From contig OZ244170.1 in assembly GCA_965216565.1 (NCBI GenBank), forward strand, positions 1,952,001-2,016,000: a stretch of 64,000 nucleotides of DNA, given 5' to 3'. Positions within the stretch are counted from its first letter, which is position 1. The number at the start of each line of letters is the position of its first letter. Below, one piece after another: positions 36,775 to 46,372 of the stretch. Origin of the DNA: Bythopirellula sp. (lineage in GTDB: Bacteria; Planctomycetota; Planctomycetia; Pirellulales; Lacipirellulaceae). The position numbers and the translations under genes were made by a program. Under the pieces are notes generated by a model that worked only from the letters and a program-made list of their open reading frames with translations, made no database searches and was not told the origin of the DNA.

Positions 36775-37836
36775 ATGCTTATCCGTCGTAACGAAAACGA
36801 ATCTCGTGGCTTCACGCTTGTGGAACTATTAGTAGTGATTGCAATCATCGGGGTGCTAGTGGCATTGCTGCTCCCAGCCGTTCAGGCAGCCCGAGAAGCG
36901 GCACGCCGGATTAGCTGTTCAAACAATCTTAAGCAAGTCGGCTTAGCGATCATCAACTATACAGATTCAAACAGTGGAGAAATTCCCTATAGCGTCACCA
37001 TGTGGGGCTTCCACGACGAGCGGCCGGATAACGAACGCACTGTGGCTGGCAGCAACGGTGGACCAGGATATTCAGGTCGAGGCTGGATTGTTCAAATTCT
37101 GCCGCAGCTCGAACAGCAAGCTATGTACGACATTATCCAGGAGGGTATTGAAGCCTCCAATGGTGCCGAATTCTCTTTAGGAACTCGCCGAGGCGGAAAG
37201 GGAATGGCCCACAAGATCATTCTTCCAGTGATCGGGAACCAACTCGATGCCTTATCCTGTGCATCCGATGCATCAGCCGTCCCCAGTAATGAACAATATT
37301 TTTGGTTCCCGAAAGACGAACTGTTCGTCGCCACCACCAGTTACAAGGGAGTCATGGGCGACAATGTGCTCTGGACTGGTGAGGGAGGCCATCCCGACGG
37401 AACATCGCACGACTTCTCCCACGCCAATGGATTCGGTTCGCTACCCGACTGTCATTCCTTGTCAGAGTACCAACCCTGCAACGGATCTTTTTGGCGGATG
37501 GCGTTTATGGATCCCGTAAAGCTTAGGCAGTACACCGACGGGACGAGCAATACTTTTCTAGTGGGCGAGGGAGTCGTTTCGCAAGACTTCCATAGCGCAG
37601 CCTATTTTGCCGACGGAGACTGGGCTACCTGCAGCATCCCACTGAATTACTTTACCTCGGAAGAAGAAGCCAAAGATGTTTGGTACAAGGCTCGCGGTTT
37701 TAAGAGCCTTCATCCCGGTGGTGCCCAGTTTGTCTACGCAGACGGTTCGGTTCACTTCGTACAAGAAGCGATCGAGCGTCTCGTTTATCGTGCGTACGCT
37801 ACACGAAACGGCGAGGAAGTGGTCTCGCAGAATTAG
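36775..37836 (+). CDS. DUF1559 prepilin-type N-terminal cleavage/methylation protein
   Basis: [57 protein letters not shown]. Confidence 0.95.
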   Translation: MLIRRNENESRGFTLVELLVVIAIIGVLVALLLPAVQAAREAARRISCSNNLKQVGLAIINYTDSNSGEIPYSVTMWGFHDERPDNERTVAGSNGGPGYSGRGWIVQILPQLEQQAMYDIIQEGIEASNGAEFSLGTRRGGKGMAHKIILPVIGNQLDALSCASDASAVPSNEQYFWFPKDELFVATTSYKGVMGDNVLWTGEGGHPDGTSHDFSHANGFGSLPDCHSLSEYQPCNGSFWRMAFMDPVKLRQYTDGTSNTFLVGEGVVSQDFHSAAYFADGDWATCSIPLNYFTSEEEAKDVWYKARGFKSLHPGGAQFVYADGSVHFVQEAIERLVYRAYATRNGEEVVSQN

Positions 37837-37889
37837 TCTCTTAGTACTCTCTTACTAAAGAACTTTTTTCCACTCGAAACTGAATAATA

Positions 37890-38546
37890 ATGAAAACACG
37901 GTTTTTACTTATAGCGAATGTTTGCGTATGCTCGATCCTACTCTCTAGTTTGTTAGGGTGTAGTTCTGGCAATGAAAACGCAGCCCAGGTGCAGGGGACT
38001 GTCACTATCGATGGGCAATTAGCCCGTACGGGGACCGTCACATTCCATTCCAAAGATGGTCATCCCCTGAGCTACGGAGCCATCGGAAAAGACGGAACGT
38101 TCGCCCTCCGCATCGGCCAGGGCAACAAGAGTAATCCCAACTACAACGATATCCCCCCGGGCGACTACGTCGCGACGGTCACAGTCCGTGGCCCGTCCAT
38201 CGAAGATCCGAATGCGGATCCAGGCGCTCCGCCCATGGCTGGGCCTTTGCTGATTGCTCGCAAATACACTAGCAAAGATTCGTCTGACTTGAGCTACAAA
38301 ATCAAGACCGGCCTGAACCCCATCACCATTGCCCTAGAGCGGCCATCGCCTGAGGACGCAAACGAAGAGGAAAGTGAATCCTCGGACGTGGAGGAAGCTT
38401 CGGAAGAAGATGAAGAATTGAGCGAGACCGAGCAGACGGTTGATGAGATTCTTAATCAAGCGGATTCCGACGACAAGACTCAGGACAACGATTCAGCAAA
38501 AACGGACTCTCCGAGCGACAGCTCACTGCAGGAGGAAGCTCAGTGA
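37890..38546 (+). CDS. Lipoprotein, carboxypeptidase-regulatory-like fold with acidic tail
   Basis: LLGC lipobox; VQGTVTIDG...GTVTF...PPGDY; D/E/S-rich C-terminus. Confidence 0.75.
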   Translation: MKTRFLLIANVCVCSILLSSLLGCSSGNENAAQVQGTVTIDGQLARTGTVTFHSKDGHPLSYGAIGKDGTFALRIGQGNKSNPNYNDIPPGDYVATVTVRGPSIEDPNADPGAPPMAGPLLIARKYTSKDSSDLSYKIKTGLNPITIALERPSPEDANEEESESSDVEEASEEDEELSETEQTVDEILNQADSDDKTQDNDSAKTDSPSDSSLQEEAQ

Positions 38547-39019
38547 CTCCCTCAAGGCGGAAATACGGACTACAGAAAACGCTCGGCGCAGTGCTTGCGA
38601 TGATGGCCTGTCTCGGTTGCGGAGGAACTTACGATTCCTACGTTTCGGGACTAGCAACTCTTGATGGGACACCGCTGACGCGAGGCACAGTCACTTTTAT
38701 GCCGGATGGCCCCGGCCCAACCGCGTATGGTTCGATCGATGGTGAGGGATACTATACCGTGAAGACCGGTCGCGAAGAGGGATTGCCCCCCGGGCAGTAC
38801 ACGGTGACTATTGTGGCGAAAGAAGATTCGATTCCCGACACCTCGGGACGAGGCATGCCACCAAAAGCTGGCAAGAACATCACTCCCCTATGGTATGCGT
38901 CCAAGAACAGTTCCGGTTTGAACTTTACCGTTGAATCGGGCTCAAACGACATCAATCTCGAGCTGAGTTCGGAACCTCCGCCCGACTGGAAACCTGCAGG
39001 AAAGCGGCGTCGCCGTTAA
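38543..39019 (+). CDS. Lipoprotein, carboxypeptidase-regulatory-like fold
   Basis: CLGC lipobox; VSGLATLDG...GTVTF...PPGQY...Y...SGL; GTGA overlap with the previous gene. Confidence 0.78.
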   Translation: MTPSRRKYGLQKTLGAVLAMMACLGCGGTYDSYVSGLATLDGTPLTRGTVTFMPDGPGPTAYGSIDGEGYYTVKTGREEGLPPGQYTVTIVAKEDSIPDTSGRGMPPKAGKNITPLWYASKNSSGLNFTVESGSNDINLELSSEPPPDWKPAGKRRRR

Positions 39020-39114
39020 CTTTCTGCGAGATAAAACGCAACGACTGTTTATCAATGAAGAGACAGGTCTTGCAAGAACCAATATGCGCCGACTGAGGCA
39101 TTTGATTAGGATTT

Positions 39115-42100
39115 ATGACGAATAGATTCAACACAACTCGATTTACGCAACTGGTCAGTAACGCCTCGCGATTACTGCTGGCAATAGCTACGGTTTGGCT
39201 GGCGCCCTTGGGCCCGTCGGCGAATGCTCAGGATGCTTCCTCGCCTGCTTACCTACAATTTTTCGAAGCTCGATGGGACACGATTGAAGAGCGGCAAGTC
39301 GACGTATTCAACACGGGCTATGGTGGAATGTGGTTGCCGCCTCCGACTCGAGCCGACAGCAGTAATTTTTCCGCCGGCTACGACCTGTTCGATCGCTTCG
39401 ATTTGGGCAGTCCGCGCAACGAAACTCTCTACGGCACCGAGGATGGTCTGAAGATATTGATTCAACAGGCGCACAAAGCCGGGGTCAATGTTGTTACCGA
39501 CTTAATCCTGAATCACAATGGTTTTAGCGACCTAAGCACTTCGGAATATCAAGGCAACGATCCCAACAACCCCGACCCCAATGACTTCGTGACGTTTGCC
39601 GAGAGTGGCGGCTACCCAGGTTTTGTGGTCACGCTGTCGGCCGAAGACGATCCTCAAGGGGTCGGCGCCATCGATGGAGATTTTCACAGCTCGTTCGCCG
39701 GGGGCGATCTGGATGGCAGGGTCTCCAATTTGATTGACATCGATCAGGACTCGGATCACCAATTCATTCGGCACCCAACAGTCCCCGGCAACCCGAATAA
39801 CATTCCCGCGGGCACGAAGGGAATTTTCGGGCGACCGCCGGCCAATCTACCCGACGCGAATAATGCTCGTTTCTATCCCGACCAGGCCAACGGAGGAAGA
39901 GTCTTTGACGTCGATCCCGGTCCCGGTGAGTTTTTGGTCACCCGTTACGATTTCAATACAGTAACTCCACTCGCTGGAGATCCCATCTTGGAGGATGCAG
40001 AGGATCTCACACTTCGGAGCGTTCAATGGATGGTGCAGGAAATTGGGGTCGACGGTTTTCGAATCGATGCGGCGAAACATTTCCCGCTCAACACGTTGAC
40101 GCTGCTCGATCAGAAGGTATTCGCAGCAAGCAAATACACCAACTTGGACGGAAGCATCAAGCCCATCTTCTCCTTCAGCGAAGTGCTGGATGGCAACACC
40201 GGTTTCGTGCAGAGCTTCATTAACAAATCGCTTTCCAATCCGCTCGCAATCGACCCCAACGATAACGTCGTGCGCGCCAACCGCGATGCGCTCGACTTCC
40301 CGCTTTCTTTTGCAATGCGTTTCAATTTGACCGATAACGGTTTTGCCAATAATTGGCACAACATCCGCCATGCCAGCCAAGATTTTCACGATGATGGGCT
40401 CATCAATGGCAGTTCGGGCGTTCAGTTCGTCAATAACCACGACGATCAAAATGGCGGCGCTGCTGGCGATGGCGCCCCGTTCCTCGACAAGGTGGCTCAT
40501 GCCTACATCTTAATGCGACCCGGCAATGCGGTGGTCTACTTCAACGCGGAGGAATTTGGTTCAGCGGAGTTCCGCGGCTTTCCCACCCACGGCACAGACG
40601 ACGCACTGGGCGGACCTTCTTCTGGCGACGCGGTTTCCACCTTGGTTGGCCTTCGTAACACCCACGGTCGGGGAAATTTCCATGAGCGTTGGATTGATGA
40701 CGCGTTCAATCCCAATGGCTTTTCAAATATTTACATCTACGAGCGTGAGGCTTCCGCAATCGTCGGGTTGAATAGTCGGAACGATACGTTTGTTGAAACT
40801 CGGTCGGGAGTCCAAACAGGCTTCGCCCCTGGCAGTATCTTGGTCGAGCTTACCGGCAATGCGACCGACCCGACGGTCGACCCTGGCAATTCCATCCCCG
40901 ACACGATCAAGGTAAATGGATCGGGACAGGTGAATGTAAGTATCCCCAGCAATGGCTCCCACGGGCGAGGCTACGTTGTCTACGGTCTGGCCCAACCGCA
41001 AGGTACTTTGTCGCTTACGAATGTTGCCTCGGTGCTAAGCGGTGGTACACCAACCGATCCGAACAATGGGACAGTCCGGCAAGGCGACATCCGCGTGATT
41101 CACAGCAATTCATTCGATGTGCAGCTAACGACGAATCCCGTGAGCCTCGTAAATCCTGACGATCCCAACACGATGGTCCGCGACGTACATGCCGACGGCG
41201 ACACTGCCTTGTTGCGAATTGACGAAGGCATGGATCTGAACAACATCGCTGGTTTCGACAATCCCACGCCTGGCAACATCGCTTACGGATTCGAAGATTT
41301 TACCGACACAAGAACGCCGGGCTACATCTGGGATGGGGCCACGAACATCGGTTCTGGAACCGGCACCTATGCACAAACGATCGATGCCACCCAGCTTTCC
41401 GAAGGCCAGCATCACATCACCGTGCGAACATTCCGCCATCGCAACTCTGGCACCGGTGGGGACGGCGGTCCTGCGATTTATACCGATTTCAAAGAGACCA
41501 TCTACGTCGATCGTTTGCCGCCCGAAGCAGCGGTCGTCAGCTTCGATCCCTTCGCCACCAGCCCCACGGTTCTAGACGATCGAGATTTGATTGTACAATC
41601 GACCGACTTAACAGCGGACAACATGCACCTATTTCTCGATCTACCTGAAGGCATGACCGATGCCCAGGTACTAGCCTTGGCACTTTCTGGCCAAAACGAT
41701 GCCGGCGAATATGATCGGGACAAATGGATTTTTGGTTTTACCGGAGTGACCACGGGCAACCATGTAGCGACCGTCGTCACATTCGAACAAACGTTCGACG
41801 GCACGAATGGATTCAACGTGCAGCGATTTCCCGGTTTCTTTACAGATACCGGCATTGGCGTCGGCTTTGGCGATCTCGATGCAGATAATTCGCTGGAAGT
41901 GGCCGATCTGCTGGGGACGTCGAACAACTCGTTCGAAGACGTACTCTATAGCCAGAACGCGGAGTTTAATGCGGCAGCCGACCTCGATGGAGACGGCGAT
42001 GTCGACAACCTGGACCTCTTCGCATTGGAATCCGAGCTAATTTCTTCCGGGGCAAGCCAATCGGTGCTCGACGCCTACGACGAATTACTCCTGGAGCGCG

Positions 42101-42555
42101 GAGACATTAACCAGGATGGTCAAACCAACGGCGACGACGTCATGGCCCTGCACCTAGCCTTTGGAACCAGCAATTGGCTGGAAGATTTGAATGTCGATGG
42201 CACCGTAGATTTGGGCGATGTGCAAACGCTTATCACAAACATCGCTCGCACCGTGAATGGTGACTTCGATTTGGATGGCGACGTCGACGGCGTCGATTTC
42301 CTTGCTTGGCAGATCGGCGCCAGCACTGCCGGTGCGGATTTCTACAGCCAAGGAGATGCGAACCTAGATGGCTCCGCCAATGGGGCCGACTTAGCGATCT
42401 GGAGTGGTTTATACGGTACCGTGGCAACCGGCGCAACGATCACCTCGAACGCAACGGTTGTCCCCGAGCCAAGTACTATGACTTTGATAAGTTTTGTTAT
42501 TGTTTCTTTGAACTTACGTTTTCGGAGTAGTCGCAACGCATACACAGCAGTGTAA
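39115..42555 (+). CDS. Surface GH13 alpha-amylase with dockerin-like repeats and PEP-CTERM
   Basis: GYDLFDRFDLG, DLILNH, DGFRIDAAKH (nucleophile), SEVLD (acid/base), NNHD; Asp-rich EF-hand-like repeats; VPEPST tail. Confidence 0.88.
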   Translation: MTNRFNTTRFTQLVSNASRLLLAIATVWLAPLGPSANAQDASSPAYLQFFEARWDTIEERQVDVFNTGYGGMWLPPPTRADSSNFSAGYDLFDRFDLGSPRNETLYGTEDGLKILIQQAHKAGVNVVTDLILNHNGFSDLSTSEYQGNDPNNPDPNDFVTFAESGGYPGFVVTLSAEDDPQGVGAIDGDFHSSFAGGDLDGRVSNLIDIDQDSDHQFIRHPTVPGNPNNIPAGTKGIFGRPPANLPDANNARFYPDQANGGRVFDVDPGPGEFLVTRYDFNTVTPLAGDPILEDAEDLTLRSVQWMVQEIGVDGFRIDAAKHFPLNTLTLLDQKVFAASKYTNLDGSIKPIFSFSEVLDGNTGFVQSFINKSLSNPLAIDPNDNVVRANRDALDFPLSFAMRFNLTDNGFANNWHNIRHASQDFHDDGLINGSSGVQFVNNHDDQNGGAAGDGAPFLDKVAHAYILMRPGNAVVYFNAEEFGSAEFRGFPTHGTDDALGGPSSGDAVSTLVGLRNTHGRGNFHERWIDDAFNPNGFSNIYIYEREASAIVGLNSRNDTFVETRSGVQTGFAPGSILVELTGNATDPTVDPGNSIPDTIKVNGSGQVNVSIPSNGSHGRGYVVYGLAQPQGTLSLTNVASVLSGGTPTDPNNGTVRQGDIRVIHSNSFDVQLTTNPVSLVNPDDPNTMVRDVHADGDTALLRIDEGMDLNNIAGFDNPTPGNIAYGFEDFTDTRTPGYIWDGATNIGSGTGTYAQTIDATQLSEGQHHITVRTFRHRNSGTGGDGGPAIYTDFKETIYVDRLPPEAAVVSFDPFATSPTVLDDRDLIVQSTDLTADNMHLFLDLPEGMTDAQVLALALSGQNDAGEYDRDKWIFGFTGVTTGNHVATVVTFEQTFDGTNGFNVQRFPGFFTDTGIGVGFGDLDADNSLEVADLLGTSNNSFEDVLYSQNAEFNAAADLDGDGDVDNLDLFALESELISSGASQSVLDAYDELLLERGDINQDGQTNGDDVMALHLAFGTSNWLEDLNVDGTVDLGDVQTLITNIARTVNGDFDLDGDVDGVDFLAWQIGASTAGADFYSQGDANLDGSANGADLAIWSGLYGTVATGATITSNATVVPEPSTMTLISFVIVSLNLRFRSSRNAYTAV

Positions 42556-42634
42556 TTTTCAACGACAATTTGTCTTTTTTGAGTCGGTCGATCCTAATGG
42601 TCGCCGCCTACAAGTCTTGATGGAGGGTATTCTA

Positions 42635-44230
42635 ATGAAATCTATGAATCGTTTAACTCTGAGTTTGGCAGCCATGGTGCTGGCCGTGTGGACTGTGCAA
42701 GTTAGCGCCCAGCCTGTGATCGACGGCACGGCGAGCGTCGCCGATGGTTACAGCTCAATCTTCGTACAGAACACAAACACCCAGTTCGGCAATGCTACGA
42801 ACGGCGATATTATCGATGGCGGGGGCGGTTCTGAACTCGACCAAATCCATGCAAAGATCGAAAATGGTCGACTCTATATGGTGCTTGCAGGTAATCTTGA
42901 ACTCAATTTTAACAAGATGCAGGTTTTCTTTGATACAGATCCAAACGCTGGCGTCAACCAAATCATCAGCAATCCAGATAACCCCGGGTTCTCCACAACT
43001 GGCATTAACGATCCGAACAGTAACGTGCCTTATGGCTTGGATCAGTTTTGCTGTGGTGGCTTAGTTCCTCCTGACGGCGGAAACACTAACAATCAAGGTG
43101 GCCTCCAAAAGTTTGATTTCTTTACCTTTGATCCAGGATTTACGGCGGACTACACGGTGAACTTCTCTCATGGAAACGAGAATGTCGGCCCCGCAGGTCC
43201 CTCAAATATTCAGTTCTATGCTATGAATGCTCACTATGCCGACCTAACTCAAGGCGTCGATGGCGACGTAGTGGCTGCTGGCGTTGTACTAGCTCCGTTG
43301 GGCCTACCCAATGTGCTGCGAAGTCCACTAGGTGGGGACTTCAACACAGATGGAAATGTCGACGGGCTCGACTTTTTGATCTGGCAGCAAAATCGAGATC
43401 AATTTAATCCAGACCCTAATAACATTGACGATCCCAACAATCCTGGCGCCATGCGTTCGCAAGGCGATGCCAATGACGATGGGTTCGTTAATGGTGCTGA
43501 CTTGGCTATTTGGGAAAGTGGCTATGGAAACGATCCGCCACTTAACGGAGATCCGTTTGTTCCTAATTCGTCGATTACCTCAACTGAAACTCTGATCGGT
43601 CCAGCACTACCAGGGTTGTCGCAAGGCCAACTGATCGACAAGGTCTACGCCATGGATCCTAATGGGGGCGGTTGCACCGATAGCGCTGGCACGGGCTGCG
43701 TCGCTCGGGAGCTCGAATTCGTTCTGCCTGTCGATGCGGCTGGTAACCCAAATAATCACCGCGACTTCGAGAACACCGTCGATCTTCAGCTAGCCATCAA
43801 TAACAGCAACACGGGTGGTGTCGAGGGAACGGATCCCAACGCTAACGGTATGTGGAATGCCACGGGGAACCCTGGTGACGTTAACACTGGGATCGAGTTT
43901 TCCATTCCACTGTCGGAGATTGGCGATCCCAATTCGGGCGATGACATCAAGATAACGGTTTTTATCAATGGTTCTGGATTCGATTTTGCTTCCAATCAAT
44001 GGTCAGGTGGAGTCCTCCAGGGCAACCTCGGCGGCGATGGAGCTGGCAATTTCACCGGCGGCTTGGGTGATATCGATTTAGGCACCATCGCGGGCGACCA
44101 ATTCGTCACCCTCGGTGTCCCTCTGGCTGCTGCTGTGGCGGCTGTTCCAGAACCATCGACCGTGGCACTTCTCTTGTTCGGGGCCAGCTGTGCTGGGCTC
44201 CGTCGCCAGAGGAATCGTCGTCGAAGCTAG
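42635..44230 (+). CDS. PEP-CTERM surface protein, paralog of 35655-36623 with dockerin-like insertion
   Basis: RBS GGAGGG, signal peptide, shared motifs GRLY..L.GN.E.NFNK and QGNLGGDG.G.FTG; VPEPST tail. Confidence 0.85.
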   Translation: MKSMNRLTLSLAAMVLAVWTVQVSAQPVIDGTASVADGYSSIFVQNTNTQFGNATNGDIIDGGGGSELDQIHAKIENGRLYMVLAGNLELNFNKMQVFFDTDPNAGVNQIISNPDNPGFSTTGINDPNSNVPYGLDQFCCGGLVPPDGGNTNNQGGLQKFDFFTFDPGFTADYTVNFSHGNENVGPAGPSNIQFYAMNAHYADLTQGVDGDVVAAGVVLAPLGLPNVLRSPLGGDFNTDGNVDGLDFLIWQQNRDQFNPDPNNIDDPNNPGAMRSQGDANDDGFVNGADLAIWESGYGNDPPLNGDPFVPNSSITSTETLIGPALPGLSQGQLIDKVYAMDPNGGGCTDSAGTGCVARELEFVLPVDAAGNPNNHRDFENTVDLQLAINNSNTGGVEGTDPNANGMWNATGNPGDVNTGIEFSIPLSEIGDPNSGDDIKITVFINGSGFDFASNQWSGGVLQGNLGGDGAGNFTGGLGDIDLGTIAGDQFVTLGVPLAAAVAAVPEPSTVALLLFGASCAGLRRQRNRRRS

Positions 44231-44244
44231 TTGTTTGACGTTCC

Positions 44245-44288
44245 GCTGACCGCGGTCGCTTACCGTGGCCGTGGTCAGCTTTATTTTC
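44245..44288 (+). terminator. Probable intrinsic terminator / stem-loop
   Basis: GCTGACCGCGGTCGC-TTACC-GTGGCCGTGGTCAGC followed by TTTATTTT. Confidence 0.65.
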
Positions 44289-44344
44289 AGTGAATCGTCC
44301 GATTCACATCCACTCCAGATAGTTGCAGGAAAGCGTTACTGGGG

Positions 44345-46372
44345 ATGCCAGAAATTCAGCCCAATATTTTAACTCGGTTGTGTACCGTTCTCTTAGTTTC
44401 ACTCTCTGCGCTGATCGGTTGCAACGCGCAGCAATCGCCAACGCCTCAGGCCACGCCGGCAGCAACCCAAACGACAGCTCCAGCAGTTTCATCAGAACCT
44501 GCCAATCTAGCAGAGCAATCCCCAGCCGAAGATCAGACGCCCTCGGACGAAATTGACACTTTGATGGAACCCTTCGTTCCATCTTGGGTCGTCGACGCGG
44601 TGTTTTATCAGATCTTCCCCGAACGTTTTCGCAATGGCGACTCGTCGAACGATCCTACCCGGGAATCGCTCGAACCCAACGATGTCTCCGATAGCTGGGC
44701 GATCACCCCTTGGACCAGTGATTGGTACAAGCGGGCAGATTGGGAAAAAGAGATTGGTGACGACTTCTACGAATCTGGAGTCTTTCACCGTCGCTTCGGG
44801 GGCGATTTGCAGGGAGTGCTCGATAAGCTCGATTACCTGGAAGACTTAGGCGTCAATGCGATCTATTTCAATCCCGTTTTCTATGGGCGATCGCTGCACA
44901 AATATGACGGTGCTTCAATGCACCATATCGATCCCTACTTTGGTCCCGACCCTGCGGGCGATCTCGAGATTATTGCCACCGAAACTAGCGATCCCGACAC
45001 TTGGAAGTGGACTGCCGCGGACAAACTTTTTCTCGATCTCGTTCAGCAGATACACCAACGCAAAATGCGGCTGATTATCGATGGAGTGTTTAACCACACT
45101 GGCAGAGACTTCTTCGCGTTTGCCGATTTGCGGGAGAAGCAAGAAGAGTCGCGCTACGTGGACTGGTATATCGTGCAGAGTTTCGACAAACCCGAGACGC
45201 CTCAAGATGAGTTTCGCTACAAAAGCTGGTGGGGAATCGACACGCTCCCAGAGTTTGCGGACGATTTCGATCGGACCGACCTGCACCCAGGCCCGAAGAA
45301 GTATATTTTCGACGTCACCCGCCGCTGGATGGATCCCGACAATGATGGCGACCCCTCCGACGGCATCGATGGCTGGCGATTGGATGTGGCTAATGAAGTG
45401 CCTTCCGGTTTTTGGAAGGACTGGAACTCGCTAGTGCGGGACCTCAATCCCGATGCCTATACCGTGGGCGAATTCTGGGGCGATGCCAAGCAGCATCTCG
45501 TCGATGGTCGATTCTCTGCCACGATGAACTATCACGGCTTCGCTTATTTGGTGAAAGGCTTCCTCATCGACGGCAGGCTCACCGCACACGACTTTGGAAT
45601 GCAGCTGCGAGACCGCATGGAGGAATACCCTCGCTCGATGCAATTTGCCTTGCAAAACCTCATTGATTCGCACGACACCGATCGTGTCGCCTCGATGATT
45701 GTGAATGCCAACGACGAGAATTATTTACAAGCTGAAAAGTTCGACTACGACGTTTCCGAAGTGGTCTCTCCTCGCTACACCCTTGCCTATTCGGCCGAGG
45801 CTCCCGACGACGACGATCGCCGCATTCAACGGATGGTCGCACTCATGCAAATGACGTTTGTCGGTGCCCCCATGGTTTACTACGGCACCGAAGCCGGAAT
45901 GTGGGGAGCCGACGATCCTTGCAATCGCCAAGCCATGGTCTGGGAAGACTTACAATACGACCCCCAAGCCGAAGATCCTCGGAACAGAAAAAGGAACGCG
46001 GATCCTATTGAATTCGATCAAGAATTGTTCGATTTCTACCAAAACGCCATTCAGCTTCGTCTCGACAATCCAGCGCTGCGGAATGGTGCCTTTGAAGTCC
46101 TCAGTTTTGATGACGAAGCCATGTTTATTGCTTTTCGTCGCGTCTCAGACGAAGGTACCCTCATCGTGGCAATCAATCGTGGGGATAGCTCCTATGAGTT
46201 CACTTTCGATACAAAACCGAATAGTGCCTGGTCCACTATTTTTGCCGCATCGGAGAATCTCGAAAGCGTGGCAGTTGCTGCGGAAGGCAATCAATCAACC
46301 GTTTCAATTCCTGCGATGGAAGCGATTGTTCTCAAGGATCTAGCGGGAGCGGAGCAGCAGGGCCCTGAATGA
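44345..46372 (+). CDS. GH13 neopullulanase/cyclomaltodextrinase-like lipoprotein
   Basis: LIGC lipobox; FYQIFPERF, GGDLQG, DGVFNH, DGWRLDVANE, GEFW, SHDTDR. Confidence 0.92.
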   Translation: MPEIQPNILTRLCTVLLVSLSALIGCNAQQSPTPQATPAATQTTAPAVSSEPANLAEQSPAEDQTPSDEIDTLMEPFVPSWVVDAVFYQIFPERFRNGDSSNDPTRESLEPNDVSDSWAITPWTSDWYKRADWEKEIGDDFYESGVFHRRFGGDLQGVLDKLDYLEDLGVNAIYFNPVFYGRSLHKYDGASMHHIDPYFGPDPAGDLEIIATETSDPDTWKWTAADKLFLDLVQQIHQRKMRLIIDGVFNHTGRDFFAFADLREKQEESRYVDWYIVQSFDKPETPQDEFRYKSWWGIDTLPEFADDFDRTDLHPGPKKYIFDVTRRWMDPDNDGDPSDGIDGWRLDVANEVPSGFWKDWNSLVRDLNPDAYTVGEFWGDAKQHLVDGRFSATMNYHGFAYLVKGFLIDGRLTAHDFGMQLRDRMEEYPRSMQFALQNLIDSHDTDRVASMIVNANDENYLQAEKFDYDVSEVVSPRYTLAYSAEAPDDDDRRIQRMVALMQMTFVGAPMVYYGTEAGMWGADDPCNRQAMVWEDLQYDPQAEDPRNRKRNADPIEFDQELFDFYQNAIQLRLDNPALRNGAFEVLSFDDEAMFIAFRRVSDEGTLIVAINRGDSSYEFTFDTKPNSAWSTIFAASENLESVAVAAEGNQSTVSIPAMEAIVLKDLAGAEQQGPE

